Source: Deltaproteobacteria bacterium (lineage in GTDB: Bacteria > Desulfobacterota > Binatia > Binatales > Binataceae). Taken from it: DNA of 64,000 nt. The notes below the pieces were generated by a model, which worked only from the letters and a program-made list of their open reading frames with translations, was not told where the DNA came from and ran no database searches. Location of the stretch: contig JAJYYI010000131.1 in the NCBI GenBank assembly GCA_021801125.1, forward strand, positions 10,874 through 74,873, read 5' to 3'. Made by a program: the position numbers and the translations under genes. Every line of letters begins with the position of its first letter. The stretch's first letter is position 1. Shown here piece by piece: positions 44,638 through 53,987 of the stretch.

Positions 44638-44692
44638 CTTACGGTGGTCGGGGGAATTCTGCTGGCGTTCAAAGTTTTAGGGAAGTCGTAGC

Positions 44693-45130
44693 ATGGCTAC
44701 AAAGGTCTGGGCGATCCTCAAACACAAGGGGCATCGGGTCGTGACCGTGGCGCCGCATCACTCTATCCGATCCGTCGCGGAAACGTTCACCCACAATCAC
44801 ATTGGAGCCGCACCTGTAGTGGACGAAGCGGGCCAGCTCAGGGGAATCATTTCTGAACGCGACATCGTCCGTGCGATACCGAAGCATGGGGACGGCGTAA
44901 CCAAGCTGACCGTCGAGCACTTGATGAGCAGCAAAGTCGCGACCTGCACACCGGACGATTCTCTGGTCGAGATCATGCAGCTCATGACCGACGAGCACAT
45001 TCGACACGTGCCCGTGGTTAAGGACGGCGCGCTCTGCGGTATCGTAAGTATCCGCGACGCGGTTAAGACTCGCCTCGACGAGATGCAGTTCGAGGTCGAG
45101 GCGCTGCGCCGCTATATTTGCCAATCTTAA
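44693..45130 (+). CDS. CBS-pair domain protein
   Basis: Two CBS motifs (GAAPVVDEAGQLRGIISERDIVRA and HVPVVKDGALCGIVSIRDAV), 145 aa. Confidence 0.85.
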   Translation: MATKVWAILKHKGHRVVTVAPHHSIRSVAETFTHNHIGAAPVVDEAGQLRGIISERDIVRAIPKHGDGVTKLTVEHLMSSKVATCTPDDSLVEIMQLMTDEHIRHVPVVKDGALCGIVSIRDAVKTRLDEMQFEVEALRRYICQS

Positions 45131-45232
45131 CGCGGCCGGCCCCTCTCGCGCCCTGAATAAGCGCCTGGTGCTCACGACTCTGATCGGCGAGCGCCGAACT
45201 TTCGCCAAGTTCCAGAGTCGGCGAGCGCACCG

Positions 45233-45528
45233 TTGGCCGAGCAGGTCTCTCCAGAGTGGCGAGGCGAAATCCTTCATGCACGCCTGGCGATAGGAGACAA
45301 AGCATTGATCGGGTCCGACGGGATGCCTGGATGTTATGAAGAGCCGAAGGGAGTTTCGCTGATGCTCGCCGTGGATGCTCCCGCGGAGGCGGACCGCGTC
45401 TTCAATGCCCTGGCCGAGAACGGGGCCATGCAGATGCCACTGCAGAGGACCTTTTTTCGGTGCGGTTCGGCATGCTCGTGGATCAATTCGGCGCACCGTG
45501 GATAATCAACTGCGAACGGCCAGGTTGA
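45233..45528 (+). pseudogene. PhnB/glyoxalase-superfamily gene remnant: N-terminally truncated with a -1 frameshift in a T6 run
   Basis: GxSLMLAVD...DRVFNALAENGAMQMPLQRTFF matches the PhnB-like C-terminal half. The expected continuation SVRFGMLVDQFGAPWIIN is in the +2 frame after TTTTTT at about 45455. No VOC N-terminal half lies upstream in frame. Starts at TTG. Confidence 0.45.
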
Positions 45529-45854
45529 AGGTCCCAGATGCGCGGCTCCGCTACCGCGAGGCAATGCCGCGATACAGCCGATTGATCGGCGCCGCCACAG
45601 CGCGCTGCTGAGCTACCACCTCAGCGCGAAAGCCGGCGGCGGCGAATTCCTGAGCGGCGTGAAGCGGCTCGCCGCAACACCTATTAGGCAAGGATACGGA
45701 GAGCCAGTCTCCTTACGTCACGCGCAACGCCGCAAAACGCGGGTTTAGACGCACTTCCAGCGCTGATCAGCGCGGCCAAGCCCTCGGGAACAGCTGCCAA
45801 GCGCCTGCTGGCTATTGCCTGTCGCCAGCGAACAGCTTTGCCCGAAGACTCCGG

Positions 45855-46778
45855 CTATTGAGCCTTTGACGTCTTCGGGTGGAGTTCGGCGCCGATCACG
45901 AAGTCGAGCGTCTTCTCGTCCGGTACCCCAACCAATGGAACTCCGTTCACGAAGAAGGTTGGCGTCGAGTTTACGTGAACTGCGTTTCCGTCCTTGATGT
46001 CCTGATTGATGGTTTTTTCCGGCGCGGGGCTCATCATACAGGCGTTTAACGCCGTCTTGTCGAGGTTCAGCTGGCCGCTAAACTGCTCGACATAGTCGCG
46101 TAGGTTGGAATCCCTGATTTGCGGCTGAGCCGCGTAGATATCGTTAGCGAACGTCCAAAAAGCCTCGGGGTTTTGCAGCCTTACGCACTCCGCAGCGATC
46201 GCCGCGCCTCTGGCCCAGGAATGGCCGCGAAGCGGAAAATTCTTGAAGATAAGGCGTATCTGCCCGTGGTATCGGTTCTGCGCCGCAGCCTCGAGAACCC
46301 CGAACGCGCGCGCGCAAAAGGGACATTCGAAATCGGCGAACTCCACGATCGTCACGGGGGCGCTCGCCGGGCCCATCACGGCCCGATCTTCCAAGCGCAA
46401 ACCGCCCATGTCGACCCGCGCCCATGGGTCGTCCTGCATATCCAGCACTTCACCGACGATCAATTTGCTGCTCTTGCCGTCGGTGAACAAGGTAAACTTG
46501 GCGCTCGCTCCTTGTTCGTTAGTGAGCGTTACGGTCCGGCTATAAAGACCGGGAAACGCCGACGGTTGAGGCGGGCCGAAGGTTATATTGCTCCCCTGCG
46601 GTATCTTGAACCGCTTCTGCAGGAAACTTCGAATCTTACCTTCCCAATCAGAACCGGTGCTCTGGGCATCCGCCGCCCCGGTCTGTCCGCACGAGTAGAT
46701 CGCGAAGACCGCGATCAACACCGCGGCGAGGAGCGCTGAGGTGACCCGACCCGTTGCGACAATTGCCCTTTTCGCCAT
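45855..46778 (-). CDS. DsbA-family thiol:disulfide oxidoreductase with N-terminal extra domain
   Basis: FADFECPFCARAF thioredoxin CxxC motif and N-terminal signal/anchor (LLAAVLIAVFAIYSCG). Confidence 0.8.
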   Translation of the reverse strand: MAKRAIVATGRVTSALLAAVLIAVFAIYSCGQTGAADAQSTGSDWEGKIRSFLQKRFKIPQGSNITFGPPQPSAFPGLYSRTVTLTNEQGASAKFTLFTDGKSSKLIVGEVLDMQDDPWARVDMGGLRLEDRAVMGPASAPVTIVEFADFECPFCARAFGVLEAAAQNRYHGQIRLIFKNFPLRGHSWARGAAIAAECVRLQNPEAFWTFANDIYAAQPQIRDSNLRDYVEQFSGQLNLDKTALNACMMSPAPEKTINQDIKDGNAVHVNSTPTFFVNGVPLVGVPDEKTLDFVIGAELHPKTSKAQ

Positions 46779-47528
46779 ACTGCCCGTCTCTATGACCCTG
46801 CTGGCCGGGCAATGCCGGCCAACGACCCGGCTCGCATGCCCAAACCAAACGTTGCTTGGTACGCTAAGAATGCGTCTCTTTGGCCAACCCTCGCGCGTGG
46901 CGCGAAACGCAGCGCCGGTTCACGCGAGGTCCTCTTAGTGCCGCTATTTATCCGGCGTTAGTCACTTACTGTAGCCCGCAAGCTATCGAAACAGAAGCTT
47001 AAGCTTCGCCCACGCTGCTCCTCGCTGTCCGCCTGGTCCTAAAGACTCGCCGGACGTGGGTCGGCTTGCGCGCGTGTCCTGGCCGATTCGCAATGACCTG
47101 CGCGGATGATTCGCGCGGCTCGCCTGTTTGTCGCGCTCGCAAATCTACGCGGTCGGAATCCAAGGTCCGGGGGATGTAACGCCTTCGGGGCGAGCACCGC
47201 AACGCACACAATCAGAGCGCAAGCGCGTTGGAAAACATGCCGGTTCGCAAAGTCGCGCCTGCGCCAAGCTTGTTCGGGCACTCGACAAACGAAAATCGGA
47301 CCATCCGAGCTCGCAACCGAACGAAGGGATGATAAACCGTGCCGACGCGCGGCACGTGAAGACGCATTTTCGCGCCACCCGGGACGGCAAGCTTCGCCGT
47401 GACGCAACGAGCCTCGCCCGCACCGCCGCAAGACAACGCTGGCGCGGCAGGACGCCCATCACAAAACCGATCCAGCCCCTCCGTTCGCCCCCGCTCTCGC
47501 AGGGGCGAATCGACGCGACCCCAGGAGG

Positions 47529-48296
47529 CTATTTCAGATGCTTGCCGAGAAAATCCAGGGCGTCCTTCCAGAACTCAAAGGCCGCCGCCTCGCGGTAGCT
47601 CGGCCGGTAGTCGGCGAAGAACGCGTGACCCGCGTTTTGATAAACCTTCACCGTGAAATTTTTCCCGGCCTTTTCCAGACGCGAACGCAGCTCAGCGGCG
47701 TCAGCCGGCGAAGGATTTTGATCCTCAACGCCGAAGACCGCCAGCAGCGGACAAGAAAGGCGCGCAGCCATTTCTATCACGGGCGCCGGGCGCGCTGCGT
47801 TGGTCTTTTCGGTTGTCGTGGCGGAGGTCAGAAAACCGCCCCAGCAATCGACCGCAGCATCGAGCTTGTCGCTGCTGCATGCAAACAACAGCGCCTCGCG
47901 TCCGCCGAAGCAGAAGCCGATGCACCCGACTTTGCCGGACGCACCTTGCTGAGTGCGCAAAAAAGCCGCAGCCGCCTCCAGGTCGGCCACCACTTGCGCG
48001 TCCGTCACGCTGAAAGCGACGGCCCTGGCCTTGTCCATGTCGCTCAAATCGACGTTGCCGGCGCGCGAGAACAGATTCGGGGCAAACGCGATAAAGCCCG
48101 CCTGCGCAAAGCGCCGCGTAACGTCGCGAATATGCTCATTGACGCCAAAAATTTCATGGACCACTACGAGACCGGGATAGCTGCCCGCCGCGCGAGGACG
48201 CGCGAGATATCCGTCGAGCTGGTCCTTATCGCTTAAGAAGCTAACCGTGCGCGCGTCCAGCGCCTCCGGGTTGGTGACCTCGCCCGCTAAAGCCAT
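47529..48296 (-). CDS. Dienelactone hydrolase family protein
   Basis: GLVVVHEIFGVNEHIRD and GCIGFCFGG nucleophile region. Confidence 0.85.
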   Translation of the reverse strand: MALAGEVTNPEALDARTVSFLSDKDQLDGYLARPRAAGSYPGLVVVHEIFGVNEHIRDVTRRFAQAGFIAFAPNLFSRAGNVDLSDMDKARAVAFSVTDAQVVADLEAAAAFLRTQQGASGKVGCIGFCFGGREALLFACSSDKLDAAVDCWGGFLTSATTTEKTNAARPAPVIEMAARLSCPLLAVFGVEDQNPSPADAAELRSRLEKAGKNFTVKVYQNAGHAFFADYRPSYREAAAFEFWKDALDFLGKHLK

Positions 48297-48470
48297 TACT
48301 TGCTCCCCTTAAATCCGCGAGTTTCGAAAACGATGAATTCTCCACCCCCAAACAAGCAGTAGGCGAACCATAGGCCGGACCAGCGACAAGCTGCGTGCAT
48401 CCCCACGTGCGCGCCGTGGTCGTGCAACTGCATGCGCTGGTCAGGCGAGAGTACCGTGAAGGGTCAAGGC

Positions 48471-48794
48471 TTATTCGGCCGGACTGCTCTTGACCAGATT
48501 CTCGAGTTCTCCGCTCTCGTACAGCTCCCGCACGATGTCGCAGCCGCCAATAAATTTCCCGTCGACGTACACCTGCGGAATCGTCGGCCAGTTGCTGAAT
48601 TGCTTTATCGCTTCGCGCAACTCAGGATCGGACAAAACGTCGAAAGTCGTGAAAGGCACTTCCAATTGCTGGAGGACCTGAACCGTCGCGGCCGAAAAGC
48701 CGCACATCGGGAAGTTGCGCGTGCCTTTCATAAACAGAACGACCCGGTCACTGGCGATCGCCTGCCTGATTCGGTTAATCACGTCGTTTTCCAT
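48471..48794 (-). CDS. grxD: Grx4-family monothiol glutaredoxin
   Basis: CGFS active site (PMCGFS), 107 aa. Confidence 0.9.
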   Translation of the reverse strand: MENDVINRIRQAIASDRVVLFMKGTRNFPMCGFSAATVQVLQQLEVPFTTFDVLSDPELREAIKQFSNWPTIPQVYVDGKFIGGCDIVRELYESGELENLVKSSPAE

Positions 48795-49057
48795 TGTGGC
48801 AAACCTCTCTCACGAGGGAGACTTTCGTATTGCGAGGGCGTAAGGGTCTTCAACGCAAGAGCATGAACCGCTTGGCGCATCGCATCCCCCACCGCCTGAT
48901 AAACCATCTGATGGCGCTCGACGAGGGAGCGCCCTTCAAAGCACCCTGACACGACGAGGGCCTCAAAATGGTCGCCGCCCCCGGTGAAATCCTTCACTTC
49001 CACGTGTGACCCGGGAAAGGCGGCAGCAATCTTTTCTCTAAGCTCGTTAACGTCCAT
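48779..49057 (-). CDS. bolA: BolA family protein
   Basis: GGGDHFEALVVSGCFEG...RHQMVY. Start taken at the internal ATG at 49057 (MDVNELREKI). Confidence 0.8.
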   Translation of the reverse strand: MDVNELREKIAAAFPGSHVEVKDFTGGGDHFEALVVSGCFEGRSLVERHQMVYQAVGDAMRQAVHALALKTLTPSQYESLPRERGLPQWKTT

Positions 49058-49459
49058 AGAGTATTTTTTAACCCACCGACCTACCTTTGATCCATAATGG
49101 TACGTTGCGCCTCGTTCAGGCGCTAGCCGGCAACTAACGCGAAACAAGACTCGATGGCCCGTCCGGAACCCGGACTTACCGGTGTCCGATGTGAAACGCC
49201 CGCGCTACCGGTCCGCCGCGGCTGGCCTTGATGCGAGGAGCTACATTGGCTCCCAATGGTGCTCGTTGCAGCTTTTCTCGAGCGTAGAGAAGAGCCAGCG
49301 CCCGCCGCGTTAGCCCCCGAAGAACCCCTCGCTTCTGTCGCCTCTGAAGAAGCGCTGGTGCTTTGGCATGACGCACCTCTTCGTCTTCACCAGCGCGGAG
49401 CTCGCGCAGGCGAAGACCCTTAACAGCGCCAGCGATTGATGGCCCGACTGTCGCTGATT

Positions 49460-50110
49460 CTACTGCGGGGGGCTACAGTTCTTCGGCCCCAGTTCGCACG
49501 GGTCAAAGATCAGTGGAGCCAGGACTGGAAGCTGCTGACACGCGGCGGGGTCGCCTTTACCAGCCTGTGTGAGAAAATCAAAGATCGGCTTTCTTATCGG
49601 ACACGTGCATCGCGCCAGTTGAATCCCAAATGCGCCCATTCTCATGGCTTCTTCCGGTGGAATGATCGTGCATTCCCAATTCCAACACTCGGCGAATTCA
49701 TTTTCCGCCGGACAGACCTGCGTCACCGCCTCCACGCCCGGCAGCCACAGGAACCCTTCCTTCTGCGGTACATTCCGAGTGAATTGATAAGTTGAAAAAA
49801 CCTTTGTTTTCGGATCGTCAGCCTCACATTTCCCCTGCATATTGCCGAGGTTAACATCGGCAATACTGTCGCCCGTCAACACCGGACAGACGCACGAAGC
49901 AGCCTCGTACGTTTGGCCGTCGTTGCCGGTTATCGTGGTGCCAGTGTCGACGCAAGTCGAGGCGTTGCACAAGGCAAACTTGGTGTTTTTGCATACGGTG
50001 AAGTCCGGCGGATGCGGAACGGCGTAACCTTTAGCCAGCGACATCAACACTCCGCTGACTCCCACGACAACCGAGGCTACATGAACCTTCCAACGGCTTC
50101 TAACCTTCAT
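49460..50110 (-). CDS. Secreted cysteine-rich hypothetical protein on an AT-rich islet
   Basis: Signal peptide (VASVVVGVSGVLMSLA) and about 14 Cys spread across 216 aa (CVC, CTC, CWNWEC). Codon usage is visibly AT-richer than its neighbours. No family recognised. Confidence 0.55.
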   Translation of the reverse strand: MKVRSRWKVHVASVVVGVSGVLMSLAKGYAVPHPPDFTVCKNTKFALCNASTCVDTGTTITGNDGQTYEAASCVCPVLTGDSIADVNLGNMQGKCEADDPKTKVFSTYQFTRNVPQKEGFLWLPGVEAVTQVCPAENEFAECWNWECTIIPPEEAMRMGAFGIQLARCTCPIRKPIFDFLTQAGKGDPAACQQLPVLAPLIFDPCELGPKNCSPPQ

Positions 50111-50194
50111 TGTTCATACCCCCATGATGGTTACCACATCATCAAGCTCCCGCGTCAATTAAAGCCGAGTTAGGTAAAACCAACTTAACCAACG

Positions 50195-50222
50195 TTGTAC
50201 AATGATAAATCAACATTGTACG
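50195..50222. promoter_or_regulatory. Operator-like inverted repeat upstream of the Cys-rich secreted gene
   Basis: TTGTACAATG-ataaatcaa-CATTGTAC: 8-of-9 palindromic arms, the left arm containing the self-palindrome TTGTACAA. About 85-110 nt upstream of the start at 50110. Confidence 0.4.
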
Positions 50223-50598
50223 CACTCAAAAACAATGATTAGCATCTTTATACGAAAAATAGAAGCCGAAAGCCTGCAATCGGAGAATTTTTCACTCCAC
50301 GTTACTCAAAACGGTCTACGAGCAATTGCCGGAGTGCCGTGGCACCAGCCAAGACCCTCGAGCCGCACTCGCCGCCCTGCAGCTTTCTCCTGCGGCCCTA
50401 CCGGCTTTCGCTCGAACCCAACGACAACGGCGGGTACCGTGGCCTTTCTTCTGCCTTTATTAGCTGCCTTTAAGTGAGGATGTGGGAGGTCGAGCGAGGC
50501 GTCGCGAAGCAGCGCGGCTCGACGACCCACTCGGGAACCACGAGTACGGGGGAGCGCGGTAGATTGGCACCGCTAGGGTATGGGCCGCAGGGGTTGTA

Positions 50599-51720
50599 CT
50601 ACGAGGAAGTCACCAGCCGCTCAATGAGCTTGTTCACCTCTTGAGGCTGCTCCATGTGAGCCATATGGCCGACGCCGGCGAGCATGTGCACCGAGACGCT
50701 GGCCGGCAAACCGGCCACTTGCGAGGAAGGAATAATCGCGTCCTGCTCGCCCCAGATTATCTGAATCGGCGCGCTTATCTCGCTCAGCCGATCGCGGACA
50801 ATGAATCCCTGTTTGTTGCCACGGAAGATCGCGCGGGCAATCGTACTAAGAGCCGCCTTGACGCCCTCGAGCCGCTTATACTTGAGCACGTCGTTGACCA
50901 TCTCGTTGCTGACGATCTCCGGTTTGGCGAATAACCGCCCCAGCACCACCTTCATTTCCTTGCGGCGCTCGGACTGGATAAAGCCATCGATATAATCCAC
51001 GTTGATCTCGGACCCCAGACCTACGGGGGAGATGAGCGTAAGCGTCGCGGCGCGTCGCGGATGTTCCAAGGCCGCACTGAGCGCGATTCCGCCGCCCAGA
51101 GAGTGACCCACGAAATGAGCACGGTCGACGCTCAGGGCGTCGAGAAACCCAACCACCGCTGCGGTCATCGCCCCGATGTCGCCACCGCCAACGTCCTTGG
51201 TCGAACCCCCATGCCCGGGAAGGTCGAGCGCGTATACCGTATGCTTTTGGGCTAGCACCGGCTGGTTGAAGAGCCAATTGTTGAGGTCGCCGCCCAAACC
51301 ATGGACGAGCAGAAGCGGAATCCCGCCCGCATCGCCCATCTTGAGATACTGAATGGGCCGCCCGTTGACCGTCACCGAGGCGACGCGCACAGCTTCAGCC
51401 TCGGCCGCCGACGTCTCGGGCGCCTCGGCGCGAAACTCTTCAATGAACCGCGCAATGTCTTCGTCGCTAACCGAAGGATCCGCGAGCACCCCGATTAGCG
51501 CGCCCACAGGCAAGGTATCCCCCGCCACCGCCACGCATTTTCGCAGCACCCCGCCCGCCGGGGCCTCATACACGTTGGTGATTTTTTCAGTCTCTATCTC
51601 AACGATCGGCTGACCGGGGGCAACCGGCGTGCCCTCCGCGACATTCCAGGCGACCAGCTTGCCTTCGGTCATCGCCAAGCCCCACTTGGGCATCGTGAGC
51701 GCTGTTATTTCACCGGCCAT
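50599..51720 (-). CDS. acoC: Acetoin dehydrogenase E2-like component: N-terminal lipoyl domain fused to an alpha/beta hydrolase (AcoC-type)
   Basis: Lipoyl-lysine region PIVEIETEKITNVYEAPAGG, then HGLGGDLNNW and GHSLGGG hydrolase motifs. ATGA overlap with the acoB stop. Confidence 0.8.
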   Translation of the reverse strand: MAGEITALTMPKWGLAMTEGKLVAWNVAEGTPVAPGQPIVEIETEKITNVYEAPAGGVLRKCVAVAGDTLPVGALIGVLADPSVSDEDIARFIEEFRAEAPETSAAEAEAVRVASVTVNGRPIQYLKMGDAGGIPLLLVHGLGGDLNNWLFNQPVLAQKHTVYALDLPGHGGSTKDVGGGDIGAMTAAVVGFLDALSVDRAHFVGHSLGGGIALSAALEHPRRAATLTLISPVGLGSEINVDYIDGFIQSERRKEMKVVLGRLFAKPEIVSNEMVNDVLKYKRLEGVKAALSTIARAIFRGNKQGFIVRDRLSEISAPIQIIWGEQDAIIPSSQVAGLPASVSVHMLAGVGHMAHMEQPQEVNKLIERLVTSS

Positions 51721-52730
51721 TAAGCTTGCCCCGCCACCGCGCGCACCGCAGCCTCGATTCGCGGCACACCAGGGATGTAGATATCCTCCAAAGCCGCCGA
51801 GAAGGGTACCGGCGTATGGGGCGGGGTGACCATCCTGACCGGCGCCTTGAGAGCCTTGAAGGCGTCCTGCGCGACCAGCGCCGCTATATCCGCCGCCATG
51901 CCGCACCTAGGGCTGGCTTCGTCCACGACCACCAACCGTCCCGTCTCTTCTACCGAATCTATGATGGTGTTCCGATCCAGCGGCGAGATCGTGCGGGGGT
52001 CAATCACCGTGCAGCTAATCCCCTGTTTCCCTAACTTGTCGGCTACCTCGTTGGCGAACTTCACCATCCTGCCGATCGCGACGATCGTAACGTCATCGCC
52101 CTCGCGCGTAACGTTGGCCTCGCCGAACGGGATAGCGTAAGGTTCGTCCGGCACGTCTTCCTGATCGTCGTACATCGCCTTGTGCTCGCAGAAGATTACC
52201 GGGTCGTCATCGCGAATCGCCTGCGTCATCAGCCCCTTGGCCTCGTACGGCGACGACGGAACGACGACCTTCAAGCCCGGCACATGAGCAAACAGAGGGT
52301 AAAGTCCCTGGCTGTGCTGGCTGGCCGCGCGAAAACCCGCCCCGAACATCGTGCGAATCACCACCGGTACGGTGGCTTTGCCGCCGAACATGTAGCGCAA
52401 CTTGGCCGCCTGGTTGAGGATTTGGTCGAAGCATACACCCATGAAATCGATGAACATCAAGTCCGCGACCGGACGCAAACCCGTCGCGGCGGCGCCAACC
52501 GCGGCGCCGATAAATGCGCTCTCGCTGATCGGTGTGTCCAGCACGCGCTCGCGCCCGAACTCGGGCATCAGCCCCTTTGTCACGCCCAGCGGACCACCCC
52601 AAGCGTCCTGCTCGCCCGCCGCACCCATGCCGCCGGCGATGTCCTCTCCCATCAGAATGACCCGCGAATCGCGGCGCATCTCGTCGCGCAGCGCCTCGTT
52701 GACCGCCTGACGAAAAGACTTCTTAGACAT
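51720..52730 (-). CDS. acoB: TPP-dependent acetoin/pyruvate dehydrogenase E1 beta subunit
   Basis: Transketolase-like pyrimidine-binding and C-terminal domains (ILMGEDIAG, VVIRTMFGAG). GGGGGAG RBS before the ATG at 52730. Confidence 0.85.
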   Translation of the reverse strand: MSKKSFRQAVNEALRDEMRRDSRVILMGEDIAGGMGAAGEQDAWGGPLGVTKGLMPEFGRERVLDTPISESAFIGAAVGAAATGLRPVADLMFIDFMGVCFDQILNQAAKLRYMFGGKATVPVVIRTMFGAGFRAASQHSQGLYPLFAHVPGLKVVVPSSPYEAKGLMTQAIRDDDPVIFCEHKAMYDDQEDVPDEPYAIPFGEANVTREGDDVTIVAIGRMVKFANEVADKLGKQGISCTVIDPRTISPLDRNTIIDSVEETGRLVVVDEASPRCGMAADIAALVAQDAFKALKAPVRMVTPPHTPVPFSAALEDIYIPGVPRIEAAVRAVAGQA

Positions 52731-52741
52731 TGCGCTCCCCC

Positions 52742-53707
52742 TCAATAGGACGCGTAAACGTCGGTCAAGAGATCCTCGGCGGACGGCTCCGGTGCGGCCT
52801 TGGCCTCGGCAACCGCCGCGTCGATCAACGCGGCCACTTCTTTGTCGATCGTGTCGAGTTGGTCGGCCTTAAGTAAGCCCGCTCCCTCGACCCGCTTGCG
52901 AAAAAGCGTCAGGCAATCGCGCTCGGCGCGAACCTTGTCAACTTCTCCCGCCCCGCGATACGTCGTGGCGTCCCCCTCGAAGTGGCCGAAATAGCGACTG
53001 ACCTTAAAATGGAGAAAACTCGGTCCCCCGCCCTCTCGCGTGCGCGAAATAGCCTTGCGGGCCGCCTCGTACACCGCGAAAAAGTCGTGACCGTTGACCT
53101 GCTCGCCGGGAATGCCGAAGCCCGCGGCGCGCTTGACCGGCTCCCCGCTAATCGACCAGGAACTGGCAGTCGATTCGGCATAGCCGTTGTCTTCGAGCAC
53201 GAAAATCGCGGGGAGCTTCCACACGGCGGCCAGGTTCATCGACTCCAGAGTGGTCCCCTGGTTAAAGCCGCCGTCGCCGACGAACGCCACCGCCACGCCG
53301 CCCGTCTTCAGCGTCTTCGCAGTGAGGGCCGCGCCGCAGATTAGCGGTGGTCCGCCGCCAACGATGCCGTTGGCGCCCATCATCCCCTTGGACATGTCGG
53401 CGATATGCATCGAGCCGCCCTTGCCGCCGCACAGTCCGCCCTTGCGCCCGAAGATCTCTTTCATCATCGCCTTGACGTCACACCCTTTGGCGATGCAATG
53501 GCCATGGCCGCGATGGGTGCTCGCGATGTAATCCTTCGCGCTCAAGTTCATGCATACGCCCACCGCGCATGCCTCTTCACCGGCATAAAGATGCACAAAC
53601 CCCGGGATTGATCCCGAGGAAAACTCGCGATGCACCCGTTCCTCAAACTCGCGAATAGTGCGCATCTGATGATACGCCGCAAGCAGTTGTTCGCGATTTA
53701 GCTCCAT
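52742..53707 (-). CDS. acoA: TPP-dependent acetoin/pyruvate dehydrogenase E1 alpha subunit
   Basis: MELNREQLLAAYHQMRTIREFE start. TPP-binding GDGGFNQG...NGYAES motif. Confidence 0.85.
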   Translation of the reverse strand: MELNREQLLAAYHQMRTIREFEERVHREFSSGSIPGFVHLYAGEEACAVGVCMNLSAKDYIASTHRGHGHCIAKGCDVKAMMKEIFGRKGGLCGGKGGSMHIADMSKGMMGANGIVGGGPPLICGAALTAKTLKTGGVAVAFVGDGGFNQGTTLESMNLAAVWKLPAIFVLEDNGYAESTASSWSISGEPVKRAAGFGIPGEQVNGHDFFAVYEAARKAISRTREGGGPSFLHFKVSRYFGHFEGDATTYRGAGEVDKVRAERDCLTLFRKRVEGAGLLKADQLDTIDKEVAALIDAAVAEAKAAPEPSAEDLLTDVYASY

Positions 53708-53987
53708 CGTTAGGCCCCCCTGTACGACAAGCGTCGCTGTAACCACGACCCGTCCGGCGCTGCGCCAATCATTAATGCGCCGCACGCGCGGGCGCCCAAA
53801 GCACGCGCGCTCTGAACGGATTCTTTTCCTTATGCCCAGGAAACCGAACCCTACATTGAAGGGATTCTAGTCAATTTTCTACCGAGAGGAAAAGCGCGTT
53901 TCGACCGCCGGCGCGAACGCCGTCACCCAAGGTCCGCCACATCGTCGCCGCTCCCGCCGCGACACGCAACGGCGCGGCGAGCGCAAC

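Noticed and set aside
47538-48236. 232-aa plus-strand ORF
   Set aside because: Antisense to the dienelactone hydrolase, which has clear family motifs.
50202-50477. 91-aa plus-strand ORF divergent from the Cys-rich gene
   Set aside because: The first half is AT-rich and the second half is GC-rich Arg/Pro junk, with no RBS. More likely non-coding promoter or operator DNA.
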